Source of the DNA: Marsupella aquatica
Taxonomy: Eukaryota > Plantae > Marchantiophyta
Assembly: GCA_973895155.1 (NCBI GenBank)
Contig: OZ316895.1
Coordinates: 20,660,803-20,724,802 of the forward strand
Direction: 5' to 3'
Length of the DNA stretch: 64,000 nucleotides
Part shown: piece after piece, positions 33,447 through 44,931 of the stretch
Layout of the letters: every line of letters begins with the position of its first letter
How positions within the stretch are numbered: the first letter of the stretch is position 1
Program-made: the position numbers and the translations under genes
Notes under the pieces: generated by a model
Told to the model about the DNA's origin: nothing
Seen by the model: the letters and a program-made list of their open reading frames with translations, nothing else
Databases searched by the model: none

Positions 33447-36400
33447 GAATATACACATACTTTATACAGAAAAAGGCCAAATAGAGTACAAAAGAATAAA
33501 CAAGAGAGGTCCCAAGTGGACAAAACCAAACGCAAAAGAAGTGAGCAAAAGGAAACCCCTAAAAACCAAGAAAGAGGAACTAAAACTACCGCAAATGGAC
33601 CGAGGTCCTCATCATACCTAGCAAATGTGGCAACAAGCTAGTGGTCTACATCAAGTGTCAAAACTAGATCGGCAAGTGGGACAGGAATGTCCTCTAGGGG
33701 GGCTAGCCGCTGCGGAGTCACACTAGCACCCACTGTCAGAGATCGATGATAGACGGCCCGAGCTTGAGCACGCTGTAAGGTGACTGAAATGCGTTGGCGA
33801 AAGTGCGTGGTCAAAACAGATAGCGGGGGCCCGGTGGGACCCATCCGTCCGTGAACATCCCGAGCAGCTTGGCGAAGAAGCCCGTCGAACTGATGATGGA
33901 GACGCCCAAATATCTCAAGAGCAAGGGGCAGGAAGCTATCAGATGAAGCTCGTGCAGCATATTTGGCCTCCTTCGTTGTTGCGGCTCGTGATGCTGCTGC
34001 CCCTGCCATTGTTGCCACTGTCCCAATGATGTCTTGGCGCAATGGGTTTGCCACCACTACATCTGCCAAAGTACGGTGACCGTCACGGACCATGGTAAGA
34101 TCCACCCGTAACTGCTGTGATGGAGGACCAGGTAACTCGAGCAACACCTCCCGCCGCGTGCAGACCAAAGAGCCAGAGAGAACCTGAGCAGTCGCATCTC
34201 TCACAGCGTCGTGAACAAAAATGGTTTCGCCGCCCAAACTGCATCGAAGAAGATGGACACCTGTGGCATCACAAGGCTTCCCACAAGTGCAAGTAGGAGG
34301 TAAACCAGCAAGAAGTGGGTGGGGCAAGCCCATACGAAGACGCATGGCTGTCGCAAACTCCGCTGAAGACATCCGCAGGTGAGGAATGACTGGATTGGCC
34401 TGAAGCCAGCCTCCTGCACCCTTCCCTCCGGAAGAAAGAATCCGAGCTCGGTCCGTGTCAGGTGCCTCGGTGAGGATGCTGGAAAGGGTGAAAGCGTGCA
34501 TACGCCCAGCAAGGTCTGCCTGAAGACGGACGGGGTCCAAGGATAAAAACTCCTGGAATGAAGGTAACGCAGCTCGAACAGGATCGGGTAATGATGACCG
34601 CGCTGTGCGCAAATGAACCTGAAATGGGAGGGAACCCTCCTCGACCTCCATGAGAGATGAAAGTAAAAAAGGTCGATCCTCAGTAAGGAAACGATCAGCC
34701 AACAATGAGAAGGCGGCCGCCCACGCGCCCAAGAAGGCCAAAGGTGCAAGGCGCTCAGTGGAAGTAAGCCCAAAACTACCATGAGAAATAGGAAGACTGA
34801 GCTGTCGATGAAGCCACGGAGATGAGAGTAAAGTACCTGGCCCTAAAAGAGAGGCCAAAGTCTCACGAATGGAGACATCAAATGCTCGGAGGTGTAGATA
34901 AAGATCCTCGGTAGGGGGATGTGTCCGAGCCAAATAGGACGCACGAGGGTGGATGCATCTCAACAACAACCCAAATGCTGCCTGAGAGTCTGCTAACTTA
35001 GGGAGCATAGGAGTAGGGGCTAAGGCAGCCTGGAGAGCGTCAGCAATGAAAGATGAGCAAAAGGAGGCGGTACCGACTGGGGAGCCAAGGACCCGAAGAC
35101 CGCCGAAAGGACGTAAGAACCCAGGGGGAAGCGCAAGATCAGAGGGTAACCCAGCTGGACTCCATGCACGACTCTTCACCGACTGAACTCGTCAACCGAG
35201 GCCCAACAAATGGGTGGAAAGGGTGGCGAGGGCAGAAGTAACAGCAACAGGTGGACCAATGATGTGGGTGTCATCTGAAAGGGAGGGGAAGATACACTGG
35301 GGGTGGGCCGCGGAGGCTTCTCATAAAGCAGTAAAATGGGCAATGGCAAAAAGAGGCCCACCCAAAGGGTCACCCTGACGTGTACCTTCTGCAGAAGAAA
35401 GAGTGGTATACACTCCTGTAGAGGTGTGATGACTATAGAAGAGGGGGGCTTCGAACCCATAAAAACAACGAACAAAGGGGATAAGGGACTGGATGTCTGG
35501 ATCCGCTGGCCTCAAAGCACGAAAAATTGCTGCCCGAGAAACCGTATTGAAAGCATTGGAGACATCAACCTGGAGGACAACCCAATCAGGGTGGAGGTCC
35601 AAGGTAGTACGAATACCCGCAATAACTGTCTCACAACCGCCAGGAATGCCCACTGCAAACTGATGTGGAGAGAGATGATCCGATAGTGCAGAGCGATACT
35701 GCGATGAAAGTGCGTGAGACACCAGACGAAGAAAAACCTCTCCAATAGCTATGGGCCGAACACCCGGTGAAGACTTAGCCATGGCCAATAAACGAGAAGC
35801 ACTCAAAAGCCGAGAGACGGGAGGAGGCAAACGGCCGGCAGCAATACACTGGCAAAAGGAGAAGAAAACTGGAAAACCAGACTGAGGATCCTTAGGGGGG
35901 AATAAATCACCAAAATGCTCAAAGACATAGCCAGAGGGGCCACCAGCCGCGCAACGCGGAGCATGGAGGAAAGCATAGGTGAAGTGGTCCCTACTAAACT
36001 GAAGATCCTCCTCAGGCTCAAAATCCTCCACGAACAAAGGGAGCTGATCATAGGGCTGCGGATGGAGATCCTGAAGGGCCGTCAAGGTGACCTCGCCAGG
36101 GGGGGTTGGTGTGGTGGGAGAAAGGGCCTGGACCGCACGACGATATTCACCAGCCTGGGCCAAACGACAAGAGCGACGAAGGCGTCTGTGCTCTGGAGGA
36201 TGAGAGTGGCGAGCTGGGTTAGACAAAGCACGGGTAGTAAAGGAACGGGCTCGAAGAAAGTACTCTTCCTGAAGCTGTTCCCAATCTCCCCACAGAAAAC
36301 AATGGATACGAGAGGCAGTCTCACGATGACCCACGCGACCACCGTGACTAGGGAGGGTAAGAGTCCACTATGGAAAAAGCATGAGTAAAGACCAATAGGA

Positions 36401-38043
36401 GACCTCGATAGGATGCGCCAAGATAAGCTGCATGAGTTGCAACAAGGATGACCGAACTAATGGGCGCAACGCTAGTGGGATGTGGTTATAAAGGCGAGGT
36501 CTAATGTACCCTGGATGGTAGGCTGGAAGGGGGTCTAGAGAGCGAACCCAACTCCATGCCTGCTCGGAAGCCTCCAAGGAAGGAGGGGCAGAGCTAACTG
36601 GGTCAAGAGGGGGCTGGGGCTGGGATTGGGCTTGCTGGCGACGTTGGCACCGGCCCCGCCCGCGGTGATGAGGAAGGGAGAGGCCAACCCAGCCACACTC
36701 AGGACAAGTATGCAGGGGACGCTCGTCTGGGGAGGGAGCAGGGAACGACTGGACAGGAGGTGGGGGGGGAACCGACGTGGATGAAGAGGCTGGAGGGGGA
36801 TGCTGGAGGGGTGGAGGGGGAATGGGCTGGGGAGAGGAGCCAGGGCGTCGATGGGGTGGGCAGTAGACTGGGGGGACTGGTAGAACATCGGGCATGGGGT
36901 CATCACGAAGATGAGAGAGATCCAATGAAGAAGAGCAAACATGAAGGCGACCACGAGGCGGGGGGGAGGAGGGGGGAGAACTGTGTGGGGGGGCTGGGCG
37001 CTTGCCCCGCGCCAATACTCTCAACGTAACATGACAGGTCGCAACCCGATAAAAGCAAAAGCGCATCAAGAAGCGACAAAAGGCCCAACCAAGACATGTG
37101 AAAAGAAAGGGAAGGCTATGGAGAGAGCCCACCGCGTCAAAATCCGAGAAGCGGCGCCACCGCTAGCCTAGAAAACCGTTGAGCACGGGCAGGCACAGCC
37201 GGGAACAAAGCTGGAGCTCTCATCGATGTGTCCGTTGAGGAGTCGATGCGAGTGAATATCTCTCCGCTGATTTGAGCGTGCTGCTACAGCTCCCAAAGAT
37301 GGTGGAAGGTAAACTGGTCCACTAAACTTGGCAAAAACCACCTTGTCAGAACTGAAGAAGAAAGGCAACCACCAATCGGAGGAGAAACGTGGCAAGACAG
37401 GAATGCTCCAAAGCTGATTAAGGGAAACCGTCACCAAAAATGGAGGAGTAAATCAGAATCGTAATCGGAGCCGAAAATGGTTGATATGTCACCAAAAGGA
37501 CCGCGGTAGGGATAGATGTTGCACTCCCGGACAGGAGCTGGCCAAATCACATGAGAATGCCGGATTCCGTGAACGAGGAACTGCTACAGGACCCTAAAGC
37601 TAATTGAAAGTGAGAACGGTGGAAATTGAAGAAAAAACGTGAGAGCTAATCAAAGTCCAATCAGGGCAATAGGAGACCAATTGGACCGCTCTTGGGATCA
37701 ATCTGATGCTCCCGGAGAAGAGCTATACAAAGTACTTGAGAAATCTGAAATCCGTGAAAGATTGACCGAGATATGACCGTCGAAAGGAAGACGAAAATCG
37801 CAGAAAAATGACTGAAAAACGACGAAAACGAATGTGACCATAAGTATGTCGATACGACACCGTTTTGTACGTGTTTTATATCGATTTGATGCGCCTCGGC
37901 AAGAGCAAGCTAATGCAACTGAGAAAACTGGATTCCGAGAAAAACTGAGTGCGAGAGGGTAATCGAAGTGACGCGAAAACTATGCTACAATCTGAACTCC
38001 ATAGCCAGGAGCTCAAAGACCTAAGACCTCCATATAAAGGTGA
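33447..38043 (-). mobile_element. Near-full-length non-LTR retrotransposon with restriction-like endonuclease (CRE-like clade)
   Basis: One long frame with Zn finger, RT and RLE; ~190-nt 3' UTR without poly(A); candidate TSD GAGAAGG(G) at 33440-33447 and 38044-38051. The 5' boundary rests on this short TSD. Confidence 0.85.
33638..37132 (-). pseudogene. CRE-like polyprotein (Zn finger, RT, CCHC, PD-(D/E)xK-type RLE) with three in-frame stops and no frameshift
   Basis: ORFs 36368-37132, 35321-36334 and 33638-35179 share one frame (stops at 36368-70, 35321-23, 35192-94). Motifs: CPECG..LPHH...C; GVRPIAIGE, HQFAVG, QVDVSNAFN, GTRQGDPLGGPLF, FPSLSDDTHI; CTCG..CDATGVHLLRC, HDAVRD, RVDL...LADVVV, KEAKY, FLPLALEIFGRLH. 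Confidence 0.88.
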
Positions 38044-38242
38044 GAGAAGGGCCTCCCTCAATGAGTGAAAGAGTGAAAGGTATCACTGTCTATGGGGGTT
38101 GCATGGTTCACTGGCTTGGTCCATGCAAGCATCATTTTAGGGGGAGAAGGGCAAAAAGAAACTACAGTCAGACCAATTGCATGCTTTTTCTGCTTGGTAG
38201 GGGTTCCACTTCTTAAAATAAAACTAATTGAGTTTGATTTTA

Positions 38243-38600
38243 CAGGAAAATACTTGATGGGCCCCTCTAATGAAAGATATTCCTGACTAGCATAATATTT
38301 CAAAACATGAAACAAGTGAATATGGGCAGTGAATATGTGAGTCAGAAGTGCTAAATACTTAGTACAGAAATTCTATAAGTATTTCCAAACAAAAGCATTG
38401 AATTGCTTCTAGATAGTACATCTTGTGGACTGACTCGTATAAAGTTGTATAGTACATTACAATTAAAAAATGGAAAAATTAAATATGACAGGTCCTGAGA
38501 AAGGGTTACAGGGACAAGGGGCCCCATTAAGTATATTTGAAAAGTTAGGGGCTTGTCAAGAATATCTTTCATTAGAGGGGCCCCATCAAGTATTTTCCTG
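38243..38600. mobile_element. Mutator-like MITE with ~50-bp TIRs and 10-bp TSD (1 mismatch)
   Basis: caggaaaatacttgatgggcccctctaatgaaagatattcctgac vs gtcaagaatatctttcattagagggg...ccccatcaagtattttcctg; flanks tttgatttta (38233-38242) and tttggtttta (38601-38610). Confidence 0.85.
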
Positions 38601-39236
38601 TTTGGTTTTACCTCAGAATCATCTTTTGCTTACTCTTGTAGACTCAGTTACAATACTTGATGTCAACCATTAGCGCATCACAATATTTGCACTGGTCAAT
38701 TCTCCACCCATCATTTGCTTAGTTTGGGTTTAGCCTTTGCCCTGTGTGTGTATTTCTCTTGCCTCTTTGGCTTTTACTCTATTGTACTTTGTTTGACCCT
38801 TTCTAAATAAGTGAATCCAATGTCTGTGCTTGCACCATTAGCAAGGGTGAGGCTGATTAGCAAGGGCGAGGCATGGAGGATGAGACATGAATGGCAAGTC
38901 CAGGTGTAGAGGGTGAGGACCATGAGGGAGGACGGCAAGGCCTTGGGTGCACTGGGAGGTGACAAATAGGAGATGAAGAAGGTGACCCAGGGGGTGCGGG
39001 GAAGGTGTTTTTGGTCAGGGTGTCTTTGGTCAATGAAACAATGACAAAGTTGTTTTCAATGAATGACCAAGATTTCTTCGGCCCATCAGATGACACTTAG
39101 TAAACAGATGATTTGCCATAATGCGCGGAATCGGATATTATAGTGTACTTTGGTCCATTTGTTTCCCTTTATAAAAAGCTCTCGCAGAAGTGGAATGATG
39201 GCGTGCTGGAAATAAAGAAACTCTGGTAAAATACTC

Positions 39237-39893
39237 GAGAGAGATACTAGAAGGACCCCAAAATGGAGAAGTGTTACTTAATGGACCCTATGAGACCCCA
39301 TGAGATTTTAGGACCGTTGATTTAAGGTCCATCAAGGGTATGGATCACTCTGGGGTCCATCAATATAGCATGCTCATCCTGGAACATGCTTGAGTTTTTG
39401 TCTTGTAGTGATTTGAAAGGAAATAAAATATGAGAACATAACTAGAAGGATTGGTACACAGTGACCAATGAAAAGTACAATCAAGGATGCTAGGATGTGT
39501 GCACTTAATTCAATGAATGACACTCATTCCAATAAAAACCATAAACTTAGTAAAGAAAGACATGAGGGGAATCTAAGACACAATCAGAATTATTTCTCTC
39601 ATTCATGAAAATGTTCAAGTGGTGGGAACGGTTCATTTCATCTCTAACAAAATCACAAATATTAAAAGTTATAAGGGGGCTACCAAAATAAGTTCAAAAT
39701 ACTTTAGAATCCTAAAAATTCATAAATTAATTAAAAATGTATATGATACACAGGTTGCCCCTTGATAAGGCACATTAAAATAAAAATATATGACACCAAA
39801 ACTCTGAATAAGACAAAATCTGAAAAGTGGATTCACCATATAGCAGTTTCAAATAAAGATTTTCATTTTGGGGGTCCATCAAGAAAATCTCTC
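39237..39893. mobile_element. Mutator-like non-autonomous element with perfect 10-bp TSD TAAAATACTC
   Basis: TIRs gagagatactagaaggaccccaaaatg / cattttgggggtccatcaagaaaatctctc; TAAAATACTC at 39227-39236 and 39894-39903; an internal inverted pair at ~39266-39376. Confidence 0.85.
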
Positions 39894-40009
39894 TAAAATA
39901 CTCAGTCCAGTTTCGTGTCGTCTCTGTTGTCCTCATTTAAACTCCTCTGGATATAGATTACCGTACCTGGCCGAGCGAGAAGAGGAAAACCATAATTGTC
40001 CTGTCAATT

Positions 40010-42100
40010 ATTTGGCAGCAGGACTGAATCGTAAGTACGATGTGTGAATCTGGGATTCAGGGATGGATCTTCACCTACGAGTCAGACTATTGCCAATCCT
40101 ACTGGAAATCCTTATTTATGTCATTCCAATCCACCCATGAGTGTTGGAAATCCATATTCATTTGTAACTGGATCAGTGTTGAGCTGTTGATCTTGTAAGT
40201 GTACTTTATGCAGCAGAGCTCGAAAGTCTTCGTTGCAGAATTCAGACCAAAAGATGATGCGAATTACGATCTTCCTAATCTCTTCGTTTCAGTAGAATGA
40301 CTGAAGAGGTTCACAGCTTCACAGCTTCACACGTTGTTAACGGTATAGTCTGGCATTTAAAATACCCAAACGCTGTCCGAAAAGTACCAAGTCAATGCAG
40401 ATGATGATTTTAATCATATTAAACTGCTCTTCAATTTGAAGATTTGATTGGTTCCATGCTTCTTCAGTCAATCTATAATTCGTGATGGAAGTTTACCATA
40501 GAGTGTAATTTTTCTCATAGTAGAAATCTAGACTATGCCTGTGACTAGAGGGACCCTAAAATTTACCTGATGGAAACCATGTAGCTTGCCCTTTTTAGTT
40601 AACAGATACCAGGGCACCATGATTAGTCAAAAGTCTCCTTAAAATTAAAAATTGGGGCAAAGTTTTTATTTAATTTGTCCTCCCACATTTTGAGAGATAA
40701 TGAGAGATAATGACACGTTAAACCACAGACCCCATTAGCCAGAATCTAAAGGTTATTCTTAAATCTAGGAAGATCTGACAGGAAAATAAGATAATGAATA
40801 TTCCATCATCTTCTCCTTCACACAAAATTAAGCTGGTCTGGAGTTCTCAAGAGACATTTGAGCTCAGTGTTTGAAAATCTTTTAATACGCTTAAGATACT
40901 AGCATGCCATCGACTGACGACGGTATACAATTGGTCCCAAACTGTGCCCCGTGCACATACTGAGGCCACTCCAAATAAAACAAAGGGAAACTTGCTTCGA
41001 AAGAGTTCTCAGGCGGAATTATACGGGGTACTAATCAATCATTTTCATGTCTTTCCATTTATTCTTGGTAGGTGAGGTTCTGTACAGGGAAACCAACTCC
41101 AAGCAGACAGTACCGATAACACAAGACCTGGTCAACAGTGAAAGGATCGAAGAAAAATCTAAGGGAAAGACTTTCATAAGATGGGAAAGTACCAAACAGC
41201 GAAGGACCACACAATACATGTTGACAACGATATCCCTCGTGAGCCTGTGATTAAGTTGATAGTTGAAGCTGTTTCTTTCTTTGGGTCCTTAGATCCTGGG
41301 TTGCAAGTACAAGATCTAACTTTCAATTGGAGAAATGCTTTTCCTCGACTGTGGCACGTTCGTGCGGTCAGCGAATCAGGAAATTGAATTCATGAGCAGA
41401 CAATGAATTTAGTGAAATGATCTAGATATACGTGAAAATATCTATTTCAGGAGTGGTTGGCATTATAGCAGCTGCTGCAGTTGAGGTGCAGTGGCTTGAA
41501 TTGATGCCATTGAAGCTTGCCGGCTAGATGGTCGCCAATTTGTATATGCTCTAGAGATCGTCAATCTGTTGGCCTTCTCGTGAGTGAGGAACAAGTCTAG
41601 TCGGATAAGTCCATCCACCGACAATGATATAGAACTAGTCGGAGAGCAAGTACTGGAGTGTACAAGAATAACGTGCACAATCAACTTAGTTTATTGATCA
41701 AGACTTATTTTGCAGAGATCTAACAGATCGACCTAGATTCGAGGAGAGAAGACTCGTCCAGATGGGTGAAGTTAGTATCATTCAGTGGATGTTGTCTACG
41801 TGTCTTGCACCTTCAGGCTTAAGGAATTTAAAAGCGTCATGGATTCAATGCTTGCGGATCACCTTCAAACGTTTGCCTCAGGCTTTCCGCGAATTGAAAT
41901 TACTTTCCTTGGCCGCAAATATTAATAGCGATCCCAGCCCGGATCCCAGAAACCAGAAATCGGCATAGGCTGTCTGCAACAAGCTCGATGGCCCTGACGT
42001 TTTCTCCGGGAGCTAGTTAGCTCGACTTGAAGTTGAAGGCCGTGTCTACCAAGCCGATCCTGATCTTGCTGCTTACTTGCAAAGACGAGCCCAACCTTAA
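40010..42100 (+). pseudogene. Possible decayed multi-exon protein kinase gene (Raf-like?)
   Basis: Exon-like pieces after AG acceptors: SSKVFVAEF (subdomain VII-like, ~40215), DNDIPREPVIKLIVE (~41224), DLTDRPRFEERRL (subdomain XI-like, ~41717), LKEFKSVMDSML. Many stops and frameshifts. Confidence 0.3.
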
Positions 42101-42967
42101 AACCAAACACAGATTTATAATGGTATTGTTGAAGATTGCATTCAATTTTAGTGTTTCCAAGTTTCAACTTGTGAAAGCTGTATCTCACGGGTCCGAGAAG
42201 CTCTTACTGATCCTTAATCACCTTCAATACCGTGATACATGACAGGAACAGAGTACAGTGGCCCAAGTTCAGAAGAAACCTAACGACACGTGATTTTGTA
42301 AATTGAAATTGTCCAACACTCGCCATAAGTCTTGTCTACTTGGAATCGACTGGTGAGAACAGTTTCTCTCTCTGTCAATGGGAGAAGAACTGCAATAAAT
42401 TACCTGTCCTGAGATTAGCTCGTGAATGACTTCGATCTTCCAACAATCTTGGACTTGCAGAGATTCAGACAAATTGAGAGCAGGGATTCATTTCTATTGG
42501 ACCCGCATATGGAGACATTGATGCGACCACATACCAAAATAAACCCTTAGTTTTCTATTTTTGGTCCAGAAACGAAAACTCTCTTGACCAGATACAGTTC
42601 ATGGACATCATTCTACTAATTCAGCATGTAAACCCCAAACTTCCAACCTTTTGAAGATGACATGACTCTACCACTGATATAAAATGTTTACGATCCGGAT
42701 CACCACTTCTGACTCATGGATTGGAAACGAGGACTGGAGGCCTTTACTTGACATTGGCAGATTTCAACACAATTCATTGTGTCTCCGACAATAAGGTTGA
42801 TCCCATTGATCAGCAATCTAAAGTTCTTAAGAAATGTTCGCCTTTCTTGAAACAAGGGATCAGACGTGAGAAGCACTGTCCCTGTCAAGAGCAAGCTTTA
42901 ATTTTTAATAGGATTTGCAGAGTAGAATTATCCCTGTGAAGAATTATTCGCTGATGAACGGGATATA

Positions 42968-43737
42968 ATTATGAGTGACGTAAGAGACATGCAGCGATTA
43001 GGTGTCAACGGGATTCATCTCTAAACTTACTGCTGCTTTGAATTAAATGAGAATGAACAATCAGTCGACTCTTGTGAGGAAGAACTTAATTCTGTCCTTT
43101 GATAAAGGAAGGGATTATGAGTGACGTAAGAGACATGCAGGAATCAGGTGTCAATGGGATTCATCTCCCAATCTACTGCTTTGAATTAAATGAGAATGAA
43201 TACATGACTCAACTCTTGTGAGGAAGAACTTCGTTCTGTCCTCTGATAGAGGAAGGGATTATGAGTGACGCAAGAGACATGCAGTGATCAGGTGTTAACG
43301 GGATCCATCTCCCAACCTACTGATTTGAATTAAATGGGAATGAAAGCAGGATTCGAACCTTGCGAGAAGAACTCATTCTGTCTTTTGGTAAAGGAAGGAC
43401 CTTGTGAGGAAGAACTTCATTCTGTCATTTCATGAATGAAGGGATCATGAGTGACGTAAGAGACATGCAGCGAACAGGTCTCAATGGGATTCATCTTCCA
43501 ACTTACCGCTTTGAATTAAATGAGAATGAAAACATGATCTCTTTGTGAGGAAGAACTTCATTTTGTTTTTTGGCAAACGAAAGAATTACTATTGACGTAA
43601 GAGACATGCAGCGATCAGGAGTCAACGGGATTCATCTCCCAGCTGACTGCTTTGAAATAAATGAGAATGAAACCATAATTCGACTGTTGTGAGGAAGAAC
43701 GTCATTCTGTCTTTGATAAATCAAGGGATGACGTAAA
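42968..43737 (+). repeat. ~144-bp tandem array (5 units plus a partial internal duplication)
   Basis: Units start atgagtgacgtaagagacatgcag (or close variants) at 42971, 43117, 43261, 43447, ~43588; conserved gggattcatct, tttgaattaaatgagaatgaa, ttgtgaggaagaac. Confidence 0.95.
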
Positions 43738-44931
43738 ACCCATTTGTAACAGATTGTTCGAGCAACCAGAATTTGAATGTCCCTAATAAGGAATTTGAAA
43801 TGATCCTGAATTCCTAACTATGCAACATTCAGAAAGTCAGACGAAAGCGGATTGGTATCCAGGCAACCGCCAATGGAGGACCACCCAGTGGCTTGTAATT
43901 CACTTAATCCGCCTCGCTTGGTTCATTTTTGGTTTCCTTTATGATTATGAATGCGTTCTGGTTTTCCTTTGCCAAAATAAGACAGGTGCTGATACTGAAA
44001 TACCATTGTCATATTTCTTCAAATAGAGGTTTTATTGGACCAGGGATGGAAATGGGGAGATCAAACACGGCAAAGTGATCGCTTTGGCTTTTGTCGTCAC
44101 ATTTTAAAAAACAAGGCGTTGTTGCACCATGGGAATGGGAGATCAAACACAGTAAGCAGCAATCGGTCAAGGGAAGCTGCTACTCTAACTCCATCAGTCG
44201 CTGCTACTAGGAGAACACTCGTGGCCTCCATTTCTGGACGACAGCAACACTTGCACGTAAACAATTCCAATATATCTTTACATGCCTGTGCAGTGTATCG
44301 CCGATTGATTCAAGAACCCACTATGTGGTCCGATCATCACTTAGACAAGATCTCAGTCGACTTCTACAAAAATGGAAGTAAGGTAAATATAAGGGGGAGG
44401 CCATTATCTTTAGAAGGTTCGAGGCTTTCGGCTCTGCAAAGCAAAGAACGAAGAAAAAATACACAGGGTTTCACAAAGTTAAAAATGTTTTCAAGTTAAG
44501 CTTACTTTTGGTTTTACTTCCCGAGGAGGAATCTTTGCTTCCATTCATGGAAAAGGTGGGCATCTCTATCAATGCAAAAACAATGTAGTGCCCAGGAGAC
44601 GCGCATCAACAATTGTTGACTGCCTTGAACAATGCAGAGGATCAAGAATTTAGATGCTACATGTAGATGGCTACTGGAAATGAAAGGCAACCATACTATC
44701 CACCCAGGAGTTTCTGATCCACATCATCCCGAATGAATGCCGCCTCAAAACGGAGGACTCTGATGGCCTCTCTGCTCAGAATCTAGTTGGTGAACTAAAG
44801 GAACCTCCCTGATCCGGCAAGTATGGACAAGCGACCTAGCAGTACAAGGCCCCCTATCCTCTCTGCCAATAGCAACAAACGAATGGACAAATTGATCGGG
44901 CCACAATTCTGTTAATCCATGTGCTTCATTA

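Noticed and set aside
35192-36370. In-frame stops in the CRE-like ORF as programmed readthrough or RNA editing
   Set aside because: Nuclear locus, mixed stop types and no readthrough context; point mutation is the simpler explanation.
42968-43737. CRISPR-like array or snoRNA cluster
   Set aside because: Whole units are homologous with no unique spacers, no cas genes are present, and there are no conserved C/D or H/ACA boxes on either strand.
43720-43737. CaMV 35S as-1-like text (aagggatgacgtaa) suggesting a transgene or virus
   Set aside because: Only a short match arising from the repeat unit; no other 35S or caulimovirus sequence seen.
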